Assembly: GCA_965284395.1 (NCBI GenBank) | Contig: OZ260084.1 | Coordinates: 595,401 to 659,400 of the forward strand | DNA from: Limisphaerales bacterium | GTDB lineage: Bacteria; Verrucomicrobiota; Verrucomicrobiia; Limisphaerales; UBA9464 | Reading direction: 5' to 3' | DNA length: 64,000 bases | Translations under genes and position numbers: made by a program | Notes under the pieces: model-generated | The model's database searches: none | What the model saw: the letters and a program-made list of their open reading frames with translations, nothing else | Told to the model about the DNA's origin: nothing | Shown: piece after piece, positions 9,738 through 18,226 of the stretch | Layout of the letters: each line of letters begins with the position of its first letter | Numbering within the stretch: position 1 is the stretch's first letter

Positions 9738-11824
9738 ACCCCGAACCCTCCCGCGACTATCAACGCGCCATGTTGGGCGCCGCCGCCGCCCTCGTCGGCG
9801 TGGTGGCCGTCTACATCGGCTTCGTCGTCGGCCTCATCGCACTCACCGCATGGCATGCGCAGGCACACCCGCATTGGATGCAACGCGGCCTCGGCGGAAG
9901 CCTCCTCTATGTCACGCCCATCCTGATGGGAGCACTGATCACGCTCTTCCTCATCAAGCCGCTGTTCGCCCGTCAGCTCCCACCGCCCCCGTCCCGTGCC
10001 ATCAGCCACGAGGAACACCCGCGACTCTTCCAGTTCATCGGCGCCATCTGCCGCGAAGTCGGTTCCCAACCACCCTCCCGCGTCGAGATCGATTGTTCGA
10101 TCAACGCGTCTGTCCGCTTCCGCGAGGGCTGGTCCAGCCTCAACGACGGCGACCTCACCCTCACCCTCGGTCTTCCCCTCGTCGCCGGCCTACCCGCCAC
10201 CCACCTCGGCGGCGTGATCGCCCATGAGTTCGGTCACTTCCGTCAGGACGCTGGCCTCCGACTGACCTTCGTCGTCCGCAGCCTCAGTGCCTGGCTCTGG
10301 CGCGTCGTCCATGAACGCGACCTCCTCGACGAGTACCTGAACGATACCTCCGAGGAATCCTCCGTCCTCGTTGCCCTCCCGCTCCACCTCGCCCGCTTCG
10401 GCATCGACCTCTCCCGCCGATTCCTCCGCCTCCTCATGCTCGCCGGCCACGCCGCCTGCTGCCGGCTGCTCCGTCAGATGGAGTTCGATGCCGACCAGCA
10501 CGAGATCCGCGTCGCCGGCTCCACCGCCTTCTGCGAGACCGCTTCCCGAATCCGCCTCCTCAACGCCGCGTGGGGCGGATCCCAGCAACTCCTCGCCCGC
10601 GCCTGGCGCGAACGCCGCCTACCAGACGATCTGCCCGCCTATATCCGTCACCTCGCCGACTCGCTCCCCGAATCCACCCGCACCGCCGTCGAGGAGGCCG
10701 CCGCCACTGCAAAGACCGGCACCTTCGACACCCACCCCTCCGACGCCGAACGCGAGGCTGCCGCACGGGCTGCGAGTCTCCCCGGCAAGATCGACCTCGA
10801 CGAACCCGCTTCCGACCTCTTCACCGACTTCCCCGCCCTCTGCCGCGAGATCACCCGCGAGCACTACACCGGCATCCTTGGCTTCGAACCCGAGGCGAGC
10901 CGCATGGAGACCACCGAGGCCGCCTCGGCCTCCCTCGAGAACGAACTCACCGGCCAACGCGTCGCCACCTTCTACGCCCCGGGCTCCGGTCCCTACCAAC
11001 TCACGGCCGCCTGGGCTGAGTTCGACCCGGACATTGCCGTCCCGCTCGCCGACCTCCACGCCACCCTCGCCTCGTGCCGGGTTGCACTCGATGCCGAGGC
11101 TGCGTCCATCCCACCCGTCCTCGAAGCCTGGCAGAAGTCGCTCGTCACCCAACGTCGGATCCAGGTCGCACGCGCCCTCTCGGCCGCCGCCATCCGCTGG
11201 GACCCCAACGAACTCTCGCTTCCCTCCACCCATCTCGAAACCCTCACCGTCCTCGACGAGCGTTGCCGCGAGGACCGCGAATCCGCCGAGGCCACCCTCC
11301 ACCCCGTCGCGGCGGCCGTAGGCCAACGCCTCCACGCCGCGTTGCTCCTCTGGTGGCACGACCCCGCCGTCACCCGCGATTGCCCCGAACTTCCCGCCGT
11401 CCAGGAAGAGATCCGTTCCCTGGAACCCATCGTCCGCACCATCCCGTCCATCGCGCCCACGCTCCACACCCTCGAGGGTCTCCACGACGCGCTCCTCGCC
11501 GTCATGAACTCCGCCGACCGCTGCAAGGACAGGGAGACCGGAAGACTTCACTTCCACGACCTGGGTGCCCAGATCCGCGCCCAACTCCGGATCCTCCTCC
11601 CCCGCCTCGCCGGCATCCGGCACCCCTACCTCGCCCAGGCCGGACCACCCGTCACCGTGCGCGAAGTCGTCCTCCGCGAATCCTCCGAGGACGACGGACT
11701 CCACGGTGCCCTCTCCGAAGCCGACTCCGTCCGCCGCATCGTCCCCGACCTCCACTCCCGTGCCCTCGCCCGCCTCATCGCCCTCGCCTACGAAGCCGAA
11801 CGCCGCGCCCATGTGGGGGGATGA
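9734..11824 (+). CDS. M48-family zinc metallopeptidase, membrane-anchored, with long helical C-terminal extension
   Basis: Track ORF 9374..11824 trimmed to ATG 9734, which forms an ATGA overlap with the upstream stop. Two N-terminal TM helices; HEXXH as VIAHEFGHF; downstream EFDAD and THPSDAER motifs characteristic of M48 (HtpX/Ste24-like) peptidases. Confidence 0.8.
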   Translation: MNPEPSRDYQRAMLGAAAALVGVVAVYIGFVVGLIALTAWHAQAHPHWMQRGLGGSLLYVTPILMGALITLFLIKPLFARQLPPPPSRAISHEEHPRLFQFIGAICREVGSQPPSRVEIDCSINASVRFREGWSSLNDGDLTLTLGLPLVAGLPATHLGGVIAHEFGHFRQDAGLRLTFVVRSLSAWLWRVVHERDLLDEYLNDTSEESSVLVALPLHLARFGIDLSRRFLRLLMLAGHAACCRLLRQMEFDADQHEIRVAGSTAFCETASRIRLLNAAWGGSQQLLARAWRERRLPDDLPAYIRHLADSLPESTRTAVEEAAATAKTGTFDTHPSDAEREAAARAASLPGKIDLDEPASDLFTDFPALCREITREHYTGILGFEPEASRMETTEAASASLENELTGQRVATFYAPGSGPYQLTAAWAEFDPDIAVPLADLHATLASCRVALDAEAASIPPVLEAWQKSLVTQRRIQVARALSAAAIRWDPNELSLPSTHLETLTVLDERCREDRESAEATLHPVAAAVGQRLHAALLLWWHDPAVTRDCPELPAVQEEIRSLEPIVRTIPSIAPTLHTLEGLHDALLAVMNSADRCKDRETGRLHFHDLGAQIRAQLRILLPRLAGIRHPYLAQAGPPVTVREVVLRESSEDDGLHGALSEADSVRRIVPDLHSRALARLIALAYEAERRAHVGG

Positions 11825-11951
11825 ACCCAAACGTCTACTGGCGTCCGTGGGGCAAAACCTGCCAGCTTTCCGCAGAAGTACCCGGCGTAACTGAAGTCGT
11901 GCACCCGCCCATCCACGGGGAGGACTTGGTCCACCCAATCGAGGTACTGAC

Positions 11952-12791
11952 ATGAAGGATCCGACACAACTGGGCCCGGACGAACTGAAAGCCTGGCTTC
12001 GGGATCACCTTCAGATGAGAGGATCCGCTGCCACGGCCATCAACGTGCGGCACGAAGAATCACCCTTCGAGAAACCCGCCGCGCTCTGGAAGGCGGGAGA
12101 CGGAACTTTTCGCGATCGACTCCAACAGGCGGTCCTCGACTTCATCCAGGAATCCGCGCGCGGTGAATGGACTCCCGAGGCGTTTCATCAGCTGGGCTTC
12201 CTGATCGAAGCCTGCCCCCTGCCCCGCACCGAAGCCGCTCTAGAAGATCTGGTTCAGGGCCAGCGATTGCGCCACCTGCAAGCGGGCCCCCAACTCCACA
12301 TGCTGGCCCTGCGAACCCTGCTCGCACTGGGATGGAAGGGCACCCCCGCTTTCTGGAAGTCGCAGCAACCACTCATCGGAGATCGCTGGCCCTCGATCAT
12401 CTTCGAGGGCCTCGCCTACCACGATCTGAATCTCGCCTTCGCTGCGCTCCCCGACCTCGCTCGAGATCCACAATCCATGCGCGAGATCTTCAACCTATTC
12501 CCCGGGCCGATGCGAACGGCCCAGATCAGCTTTCAGGAGTTGGCATCCCAGGCGGGCCGCATCATCAACAGGGTCGAGGCCGAACCGGCAGGATTGCTCC
12601 TCGAATGGTTCTCACTGCGAGGCATCGAACTAAGCCATAACCATGCGGCAGAATTCTCACGCGGAGCCGCGGAGAGCGCGGAGAGAGGGTCAGGTCCCCA
12701 AGCTTCCAACGTCGGACACTATTCACCAAACGGTGACTGCTCCGCCTCCCATCCAAGTGTCCTTTCTCCGCGTCTCCGCGTCTCCGCGTGA
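11952..12791 (+). CDS. hypothetical all-alpha protein; the last 53 codons and the stop are supplied by a MITE-like insertion
   Basis: ORF with somewhat more A/T-ending codons than its neighbours. From 12630 onward the reading frame lies inside repeat copy A (tail ...LSHNHAAEFSRGAAESAERGSG...SPRLRVSA). No family recognised. Confidence 0.55.
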   Translation: MKDPTQLGPDELKAWLRDHLQMRGSAATAINVRHEESPFEKPAALWKAGDGTFRDRLQQAVLDFIQESARGEWTPEAFHQLGFLIEACPLPRTEAALEDLVQGQRLRHLQAGPQLHMLALRTLLALGWKGTPAFWKSQQPLIGDRWPSIIFEGLAYHDLNLAFAALPDLARDPQSMREIFNLFPGPMRTAQISFQELASQAGRIINRVEAEPAGLLLEWFSLRGIELSHNHAAEFSRGAAESAERGSGPQASNVGHYSPNGDCSASHPSVLSPRLRVSA

Positions 12792-12828
12792 ACCTGTCCC
12801 CGCCTTCAACCGCATCGATACGGCTTAT
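12630..12828 (-). mobile_element. MITE-like element, copy A (inverted relative to copies B and C, the most diverged)
   Basis: Aligns over its full length with 28662..28860 and 37043..37233. Ends GCCATAACCATGC ... GCATCGATACGGC; flanks C-TAA-G and C-TTA-T. Confidence 0.8.
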
Positions 12829-12840
12829 GAGACCCCGCCG

Positions 12841-12929
12841 GGTGAGGGCACCCAGCCTACAAGCAGTGACCCCGGGGACTGGCGGCCGGCTTGAACTCGC
12901 GTTTGTAGGCCGCGTGCCCCCACGCGGCG
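12841..12929. repeat. R1 palindromic repeat (GTAGGCCGxGTGCCC... family), diverged copy
   Basis: GGTGAGGGCACCCAGCCTACAA ... TTTGTAGGCCGCGTGCCCCCACGCGGC. Shares arms with 15044, 26088, 33798 and 50308. Confidence 0.7.
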
Positions 12930-12985
12930 CTTCTCCATCGCCTGCGCGCTTGGCCAAGACGCCCCAAATCGGGTTTCATCGAGTC

Positions 12986-14368
12986 ATGTCGTCCGTGTGG
13001 ATCCACGCGCCCCGAGCTCGGTACGCCAGCTACCTGCTTGCCTTGGCCAGCTTCACCTCCCTCACCCTCACCGCCGCCCCGCCCGAGTGGCCGGAGTGGC
13101 GTGGGCCCGGTGGGCAGGGACACGCGCCGGCCTCCGCCCGGAACCTGCCCACGACCTGGGGCGACACCTCCAACGTCGTCTGGAAGACGTCCCTGCCGGG
13201 ACGTGGATGGTCTTCACCCGTCATCGAGGGCAACCGGATCTGGGTCACCACCGCCCACGAGACGCCCGCCTCACCCGAGGAAACCGAGGAACGGCTCAAG
13301 GCCAACACCAGCGATCAACCCCTTACACTGCTCTCCAAGGTCGCCATGCACGCCCTGTGCATCGACCGGACCTCCGGCCGGATCCTCCACGACCTGCCGC
13401 TCCTCTCCGAACAGAACCCCCAGTGGGTCCACACCCTCAACAGTTACGCGTCGCCGACGCCCGTCCTCGAATCGGGTCGCGGTTACTTCCACTTCGGCAC
13501 CTTCGGCACGCTTTGCCTCGACACCACTTCCGGCCAGGTCCTGTGGACGAACTCCGACCTGAAGATCATGCACGAGAACGGCCCCGGCAGCTCGCCGATC
13601 CTCGTCGGCGACCTGCTCGTGTTCCACCTCGATGGCAGTGACACGCAGTCGATCGCCGCCCTCGACAAGCGCACCGGCAAACTTGCCTGGCGAACCCAGC
13701 GCTCCGGGACGATGGCGAACCACCCGCAACTCCGGAAATCCTACGCCACCCCGGCCCTCGTCCCGATCGACGGCCACAACCAGATCCTCTCGCAGGGAGC
13801 AGACTGGCTGTACGCCTACGATCCCGCCGACGGGCACGAACTCTGGAAGCTGAAGTACGGCAGCCTCGGATTCTCGCTGTCGTCCCGTGCGGTCACCGGT
13901 CACGGACGGATCTATCTCTGCACCGGCTATTCGCGATCCGAGGTTCACGCCATCCAGCTTCCCTCGAAGTCCGGTGGCAACCCGTCCACCGAGGCCACCC
14001 ACTCGTGGAAGTACACCAAGGGCGCACCGACCATGTCCTCGCCGCTCCTCGTCGGGAACGAACTCTATTTCGTGAACGATTCCGGCGGGATGCTCACCTG
14101 CCTCGACGCCCACACCGGACAGGAGCTCTATCGCGAACGACTCGGCGGCAGCCATTCCGCCTCTCCGTTGCTCGCCGACGGCCTGATCCACATCGCCTCC
14201 CGCGAAGGCGACATCCACGTGATCCGACCCGGCCGTAAGTTCGAGCTCGTCGCCAAGAACAACCTCCCCGGCCAGATCATGGCGTCACCCGTGGCTCTCG
14301 GAGACGCCCTCTACTACCGCACGGACACCGCCCTCTACCGCATCGCGGCTCAACGTGCGTCCCGATAA
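12986..14368 (+). CDS. PQQ-like (BamB-type) beta-propeller repeat protein, secreted
   Basis: Track ORF 12788..14368 trimmed to ATG 12986 (signal MSSVWIHAPRARYASYLLALASFTSLTLTAA). EWPEWRGPGGQG and NVVWKTSLPGRGWSSPVIEGNRIWVTT are typical PQQ-like propeller blades. Confidence 0.8.
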   Translation: MSSVWIHAPRARYASYLLALASFTSLTLTAAPPEWPEWRGPGGQGHAPASARNLPTTWGDTSNVVWKTSLPGRGWSSPVIEGNRIWVTTAHETPASPEETEERLKANTSDQPLTLLSKVAMHALCIDRTSGRILHDLPLLSEQNPQWVHTLNSYASPTPVLESGRGYFHFGTFGTLCLDTTSGQVLWTNSDLKIMHENGPGSSPILVGDLLVFHLDGSDTQSIAALDKRTGKLAWRTQRSGTMANHPQLRKSYATPALVPIDGHNQILSQGADWLYAYDPADGHELWKLKYGSLGFSLSSRAVTGHGRIYLCTGYSRSEVHAIQLPSKSGGNPSTEATHSWKYTKGAPTMSSPLLVGNELYFVNDSGGMLTCLDAHTGQELYRERLGGSHSASPLLADGLIHIASREGDIHVIRPGRKFELVAKNNLPGQIMASPVALGDALYYRTDTALYRIAAQRASR

Positions 14369-14389
14369 CAACCTCAAGGCTCCACGGCG

Positions 14390-14941
14390 ATGAACACCGA
14401 TGCATCCAGCGTTGACCTGAGCAACCTGCCTGGCATCGCCGGAGGCGTTGCCGGCATGATCTTTCTGGGCTGGCTCATGAAGAGCATCCGGCCCATGCCT
14501 GAAATGCTTCAGGACGGCAGGAGGCTCCTTCGCTATCATCGCAGCTACGAGGTCATCGGCTGGCTGACGACGGTGCTCTTTCTGGTGGCGTTCGTCTGCA
14601 GCATCCTCTTCGCCCCGCCGAAGGATCGGTCCGCCTTCATCCTCATATTCGGAGGTTTCCTCGCCATGGGACTGTTCCTCGTCTGGATCGCCCGTCGTTG
14701 CGTCATCTCCTATACCCACCGCGAGGTTCTCTACGTCCCCCTCTTCAGCAAGCCTTTCCAGTTTTCCTGGACCGAGGTCGCTTCCGTCGGTTTCTCCCGG
14801 ATCAACCATTGGTGGGTCTTCCACCTCGCGGACGGGCGCAAGGCCCGCGTCAGCGTCTACATGAACGGCCACGAGGACTTCATAGAGACCGCCCGCCGAT
14901 CCACCAACATTCCCATTCCTCGGAACCCATTCCAGGGCTGA
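14390..14941 (+). CDS. hypothetical membrane protein (about 3 TM helices)
   Basis: Hydrophobic segments IAGGVAGMIFLGWL, VIGWLTTVLFLVAFVCSILF and FILIFGGFLAMGLFLVWI. No family recognised. Confidence 0.6.
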   Translation: MNTDASSVDLSNLPGIAGGVAGMIFLGWLMKSIRPMPEMLQDGRRLLRYHRSYEVIGWLTTVLFLVAFVCSILFAPPKDRSAFILIFGGFLAMGLFLVWIARRCVISYTHREVLYVPLFSKPFQFSWTEVASVGFSRINHWWVFHLADGRKARVSVYMNGHEDFIETARRSTNIPIPRNPFQG

Positions 14942-15043
14942 TGGGCACAAGTTGCTGCAGCCCCAGCGGAGAGGGGTGGGGCGAGTGTCCTCACGAGCCG
15001 CTCATCGGCGTCGGGGTCGGAATCGGCATCGGCATCGAGGATC

Positions 15044-15069
15044 GCCGCGTGAGGGCACGCGGCCTACAA
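15044..15069. repeat. R1 repeat half-site
   Basis: GCCGCGTGAGGGCACGCGGCCTACAA, preceded by a GGCATCGGCATCG tandem. Confidence 0.6.
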
Positions 15070-15117
15070 TCCACAGAACTGTACTGACTCACAGCAAAGC
15101 GGAGGCTTGAAGCCGGC

Positions 15118-16092
15118 ATGCGCTCGTTGAAGCATACCCCAATGCCGCCGTTCGACCCGATGACCTGGTTCCGGAAGAAGCTTGGGCCCGTTTCGCCGGC
15201 CCGAGTTTCCGCGGACGTGCATTGCGCGAAGGGAAACTGGCTCAAGGAAGAAGGGCGCCTTGAGGAGGCCGCGGCCGCCTACCGAAGAGCCATCGAAGCA
15301 GATCCCACCTGGTCGGCGCCGTGGTTCAACCTCGGTCTCGACGCCAAGTTGGCCGGGCAATGGAAGGAATCCCTCGCGTACAACCAGAAGGCCGTCGAAC
15401 TCGACCCGAAGAACGAAGGCGCCTGGTGGAACCTGGGCATCGCCGCCACGGCACTTGGCCAATGGCGGGAAGCTCGCCGCGCCTGGCGCAACAGCCAGAT
15501 GGAAATGGCGGACTCCGATGAACCCACCAACGGCTGCGACGGCTTTGGAGGCATTCAACCAGTCCGACTCAACCCGCACCAACGGGCGGAAGTGGTCTGG
15601 GGTACCCGGCTGGACCCCGCACGAGTCCGCATCACGAACCTTCCCATGCCGGGCTCGGGTTTCCAGTTTGGCGATGTGGTCCTGATCGACGGTGCAGCCC
15701 GGGGATCGAGGATCCTCCAAGGGCAGGAGATCCCCGTCCACGATGTCCTCGCCCGACTCGAACCTTCCAACTTCAAGGTCTTTCGCGTCCAGCTTCCTGC
15801 GGCAACGCCACCGATCCTCCATGCGCTGGCGCTTGCCGCCGATCAGGAGGGAGGCGGAGCCGAACACTGGGACTCCAGCGTCGTTAACCTCTGCGGCGGT
15901 TGCGATGAGACAGGCGTCTCCACCGATCGCGATGCTCCGCGCGCCGACGCCCGGGAGATGTTCGTCGCCGCCAGGGACCGCGAACACATGTCCGCCATCG
16001 AAGAGGCCTTCGCCCTGGCATTGAATGGGCGCCGACTCACCGATGTCGCGGAATTCGATCCCAGCCCCCGCCATCGCCCCGCCGAAGGCTGA
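15118..16092 (+). CDS. tetratricopeptide-repeat protein with uncharacterised C-terminal half
   Basis: TPR units such as AKGNWLKEEGRLEEAAAAYRRAIEADP, APWFNLGLDAKLAGQWKESLAYNQKAVELDP and GAWWNLGIAATALGQWREARRAW. Confidence 0.75.
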   Translation: MRSLKHTPMPPFDPMTWFRKKLGPVSPARVSADVHCAKGNWLKEEGRLEEAAAAYRRAIEADPTWSAPWFNLGLDAKLAGQWKESLAYNQKAVELDPKNEGAWWNLGIAATALGQWREARRAWRNSQMEMADSDEPTNGCDGFGGIQPVRLNPHQRAEVVWGTRLDPARVRITNLPMPGSGFQFGDVVLIDGAARGSRILQGQEIPVHDVLARLEPSNFKVFRVQLPAATPPILHALALAADQEGGGAEHWDSSVVNLCGGCDETGVSTDRDAPRADAREMFVAARDREHMSAIEEAFALALNGRRLTDVAEFDPSPRHRPAEG

Positions 16093-16111
16093 AACCGAAC
16101 GTACCGCCGTC

Positions 16112-16531
16112 ATGCCCCATCCCACCCGCCGACAATCCCTCGGCCAGATCGCCCTCGTCGTCCGCGACTACGACGAGGCCCTGGCCTTCTATGTCGGCAA
16201 GCTGGGATTCACACTGATCGAAGACACGCCCGTCCCCGTACAATCCAAGCGCTGGGTGCTGATCGCGCCACCGGGATCCTCTGGTTGCCGCATCCTGCTG
16301 GCTCAGGCGTCGGGGCCAGAGCAGGCGACGCGCATCGGGAACCAGACCGGCGGCCGTGTGTTCCTCTTCCTGTTCACCGACGATTTCTGGCGGGACTTCC
16401 GGGACTACACCGACCGCGGGGTAGTCTTCGTCCGGGAGCCCAAGGTTGAGTCCTATGGCACGGTCGCCGTCTTTCAGGATCTCTACGGCAACCTCTGGGA
16501 TCTGCTCCAACCGAGCGCACCGCCTTGCTGA
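16112..16531 (+). CDS. VOC (glyoxalase/bleomycin-resistance/dioxygenase) family protein
   Basis: Track ORF 16025..16531 trimmed to ATG 16112. SLGQIALVVRDYDEALAFYVGKLGFTLIED...GTVAVFQDLYGNLWDLLQ is typical of the VOC fold. Confidence 0.75.
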   Translation: MPHPTRRQSLGQIALVVRDYDEALAFYVGKLGFTLIEDTPVPVQSKRWVLIAPPGSSGCRILLAQASGPEQATRIGNQTGGRVFLFLFTDDFWRDFRDYTDRGVVFVREPKVESYGTVAVFQDLYGNLWDLLQPSAPPC

Positions 16532-16606
16532 TCCGCGCACGGACCACATTACCCATCTTTGGCAGTTCGACGAATCCTACCCAATCCGGGATATTGGAAG
16601 TCGTCT

Positions 16607-17266
16607 ATGAGTCGTTGGATTCCGTTCCGGTCTGCCGCACTGACTTCGCTCCTCGTATTGATCCCTGTCGCCGCCAGGGGCGACGTGACCATTACCCTGA
16701 CCAGCCAGTCGTTCGATGGTTGGACCTTCATGGAGGCCATTGATTATACCCAGTTCAACCTGACCGGTTCCTTGATGGCTGTCACGATCGACGCCTCGCT
16801 CGACGCCGACGCGCTTTCCTTCACCTATGCCAAGGACATCGCTGTCCTCCTCGATACGAAGACTCCTTCCACTGCGACTCTGGACTCAGGCAACCCCACC
16901 GGGCTCCGCCAGATTGGTGGAGGCGTCAACAATCTCTCCCTCAGCTACCAGGCCTGGCCCAACAACACAGGCGACGACTTTGTTGCCGGTACCAAGGTGA
17001 GTGGGACCGTCAGCCTCACGTCCGCCATCGTCTTCACCGGAGATGAAGGCATCGATGGCAAGCTGTGGATCGGCAACAGCTCGGAACCCTTCTCCTTCCT
17101 GGGACCCGCCACCGGCATCTGGACCGGCACGATCCTGCTCCAGGGCGTCAGCGCCGTTCCCATCGCCGGAACCCCGGTCCCGGAGGCCTCCACCTGGTCG
17201 GCAGCCGGCCTGCTCGTCCTCGGTTCGTGGTGGACCTACCGGCGCCGGAACGGACGCAATCACTGA
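16607..17266 (+). CDS. PEP-CTERM sorting-domain protein
   Basis: Track ORF 16559..17266 trimmed to ATG 16607 (signal MSRWIPFRSAALTSLLVLIPVAARG). C-terminus VPEASTWSAAGLLVLGSWWTYRRR has the PEP-like motif, TM helix and Arg cluster. Confidence 0.8.
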   Translation: MSRWIPFRSAALTSLLVLIPVAARGDVTITLTSQSFDGWTFMEAIDYTQFNLTGSLMAVTIDASLDADALSFTYAKDIAVLLDTKTPSTATLDSGNPTGLRQIGGGVNNLSLSYQAWPNNTGDDFVAGTKVSGTVSLTSAIVFTGDEGIDGKLWIGNSSEPFSFLGPATGIWTGTILLQGVSAVPIAGTPVPEASTWSAAGLLVLGSWWTYRRRNGRNH

Positions 17267-17340
17267 TCACAGGCCGCAAGCCGAGGAAAGTGATCCACGG
17301 CTATGCTGCGGTCCCTCTCGCCGTCAAACGGGGCGGCATA

Positions 17341-17397
17341 GTTCTCGTTGCCCTACCAAGCCCTTTCCATGGGCGATGAGGACATCGCCACCCCGAT
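17341..17397. repeat. R2 repeat module (GGCAACGTCCTCGTTGCC ... GGCGACGAGGACGTCGCCACCCC family)
   Basis: GTTCTCGTTGCCCTACCAAGCCCTTTCCATGGGCGATGAGGACATCGCCACCCCG. Same two-part module as at 20921 and 31218. Confidence 0.7.
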
Positions 17398-17488
17398 CCC
17401 GCTCAACAAATGGGGGCTGTGTGGGGATGCGCCGCCGTCACAGCCTCGTAACTCGCGCGGATCGATTGAAGCCCGGTAGCATGCGCCG

Positions 17489-18211
17489 ATGACCCGGGCT
17501 GGTACTCATCGATCCTCCTGCCGCGCATTCACCCTGATTGAACTGCTGGTGGTGATTGCGATCATCGCCGTGCTGGCTGGGTTGCTGTCGCCAGCCTTGG
17601 GACGGGCGAAACGTCTGTCCCTCCGGAGTGCCTGCCTTTCCAACCTGCACCAGATCGGCCTCGGAACCGCGATGTATGCGGGTGACTTCCGGGGCCGCAT
17701 GCCCTGGGTTCCGGACGAAAACCTCCAACTGACCCCGCCCGTCGACTCAGCCGGAAAACGCTACGCGCGCACGGGCGGCTTCATGCCTGTTCTTCACCCG
17801 TACCTACCCGATGTCCGGGTCTGGCAGTCGCCACCCGTCCGGAAGATCGCCACCAACTCCTGGCAGTCGAACTTCGTCGGCCCTTGGCTGGACGGACGCG
17901 GCGAAGACCCGCTCCGCGGCACCGCCAACTACATCAGCGACAAGTTGGGCGAGACCGATCCCCAGAAGGCCCGCTACCTGCGGGATCGGACCCCGGAGGA
18001 CTGCGCCAGCCTTCGCGGCACCAGCGTCTCGGATGAGGAATGGCTGATGACCCCGTTCTTCGAGAAGCCCTGGTGGGGAGCGTTCCGGAGCGCCTGGACC
18101 GTCGGCACGAGCGAGCCACCCGCAGGTGGCTGGTCCGCGCACAACGGAGGCCGGAATCAACTCTACCTCGACTTCCATGCCTCGTGGGTGCGCCGGAACA
18201 TCGACCGATGA
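17489..18211 (+). CDS. prepilin-type N-terminal cleavage/methylation domain protein (H-X9-DG-like family)
   Basis: N-terminal [21 protein letters not shown]-terminal [12 protein letters not shown] fits the H-X9-D(G/F) motif of the PVC DUF1559-type pseudopilins. Confidence 0.85.
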   Translation: MTRAGTHRSSCRAFTLIELLVVIAIIAVLAGLLSPALGRAKRLSLRSACLSNLHQIGLGTAMYAGDFRGRMPWVPDENLQLTPPVDSAGKRYARTGGFMPVLHPYLPDVRVWQSPPVRKIATNSWQSNFVGPWLDGRGEDPLRGTANYISDKLGETDPQKARYLRDRTPEDCASLRGTSVSDEEWLMTPFFEKPWWGAFRSAWTVGTSEPPAGGWSAHNGGRNQLYLDFHASWVRRNIDR

Positions 18212-18226
18212 CGGACGCAACTAGTC

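Noticed and set aside
14942-15117. ORF 14698..15087 and similar peptides built from repeats (LIGVGVGIGIGIE, FTDFTDYTD, EYEYEYG, FKFQV), considered as small repetitive proteins
   Set aside because: The same DNA motifs recur in both orientations and in different frames at many intergenic sites. The conservation is therefore at the nucleotide or hairpin level, not in the peptide.
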